Of a DNA stretch of 64,000 nucleotides, positions 63,201 through 64,000 are shown piece after piece (within the stretch, counting starts at the first letter, position 1; each line of letters starts with the position of its first letter). This DNA is from Octopus sinensis. Lineage: Eukaryota. Where the stretch lies: assembly GCF_006345805.1 (NCBI RefSeq), contig NC_042997.1, positions 71,610,001 to 71,674,000 on the forward strand. The letters run 5' to 3'. The notes under the pieces were generated by a model. It did not search any database. It worked only from the letters and a program-made list of their open reading frames with translations, and was not told the origin of the DNA. The translations under genes and the position numbers were made by a program.

Positions 63201-64000
63201 GATGTAATCATTCGATTAACAACAACAACAACAACGCCAGCAGCAGCAGCAGCCATAGTAGCAGCAACAATACTTTTTTTAAATTTTGGCACAAGACTAA
63301 CAAATTTGACGAGAGTGAGTTATCTTTTATCCATTACTTGTTTCAGTCACTGGACGGCGGCCCGACCCCACTGCTTGACTAGAACCGTATTTTATCACAC
63401 TCGGAACGATGAAGGATAAAGTTGACCACAAGGTCAGCTATTTTGAAGAGGCGTTGTGGGTGCTAATTGATTATATCGACTTCACTACTTGACTGGTATT
63501 TTATTTTATCGACCACGAAAAATATGAAGGGGAAAAAAAATCAACCCTGGCAGATTTGAATTCAGAACGTAAAGTGTCAAACCTGAATATCATAGCAATA
63601 ACATTTTGGAAGTCTACAACACCTAATGGAACAAGGAACTTTCCTGCTCCAAATAATATAAAAGCTAGAAAGAAAATTAGTGAAAATGATAAAAGTTGAG
63701 CGTAATCAAATTTTTATAGAACGCTTACTCGAACAAAGACACAGTCACAAATCCAGTAATTCATAGTCATGCACCTATTTCCTCACACATACATACATAC
63801 ATACATACATACATACATACATACATACATACATACATACATACATACATACATACATACATACATGCGTGCATGCATGTTTTATACTTACAGCAGACCA
63901 AATGGACGTCTGCCACATAGGCAATTCTTTTTTATCTGGACATGCAGGTCCTTTACATTCCCTTTTTAGTTGAACATCTTCAAAAGAAACACTGGATTTG

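Overview
AT-rich, microsatellite- and transposon-dense animal genomic DNA, most likely an octopus (inferred from the SINE and LINE families). It holds two convergent genes. On the + strand are the last 11 coding exons of a nephrocystin-3 (NPHP3) orthologue (1104-38036), with all splice sites GT-AG and phase-compatible. On the - strand are the last two exons of an ADAMTS16/18-like gene (TSP1 + PLAC domain, 62307-59562). The rest is mostly Nin-type and other tRNA-derived SINEs, RTE/CR1/L1-Tx1/R4-like LINE pieces, Helitrons, Tc1/mariner relics and a Gypsy relic. The most notable unannotated structure is a recurring set of sequence-diverse inserts, mostly in (TA)n/(CA)n tracts, carrying minimal type-I hammerhead ribozyme motifs (CUGANGA..GAAAC..GUA with a tiny, near-palindromic stem III). 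Five are fold-back palindromes with ribozyme sequence in both arms; one is a perfect 340-bp palindrome with an intact-looking core. Two inserts still carry Penelope-like ORF pieces. Other oddities are a 28S rRNA fragment inside a Tc1 transposase, a tRNA-Ser half between direct repeats and a pre-miRNA-like hairpin. All calls were made by eye, and repeat boundaries are approximate.
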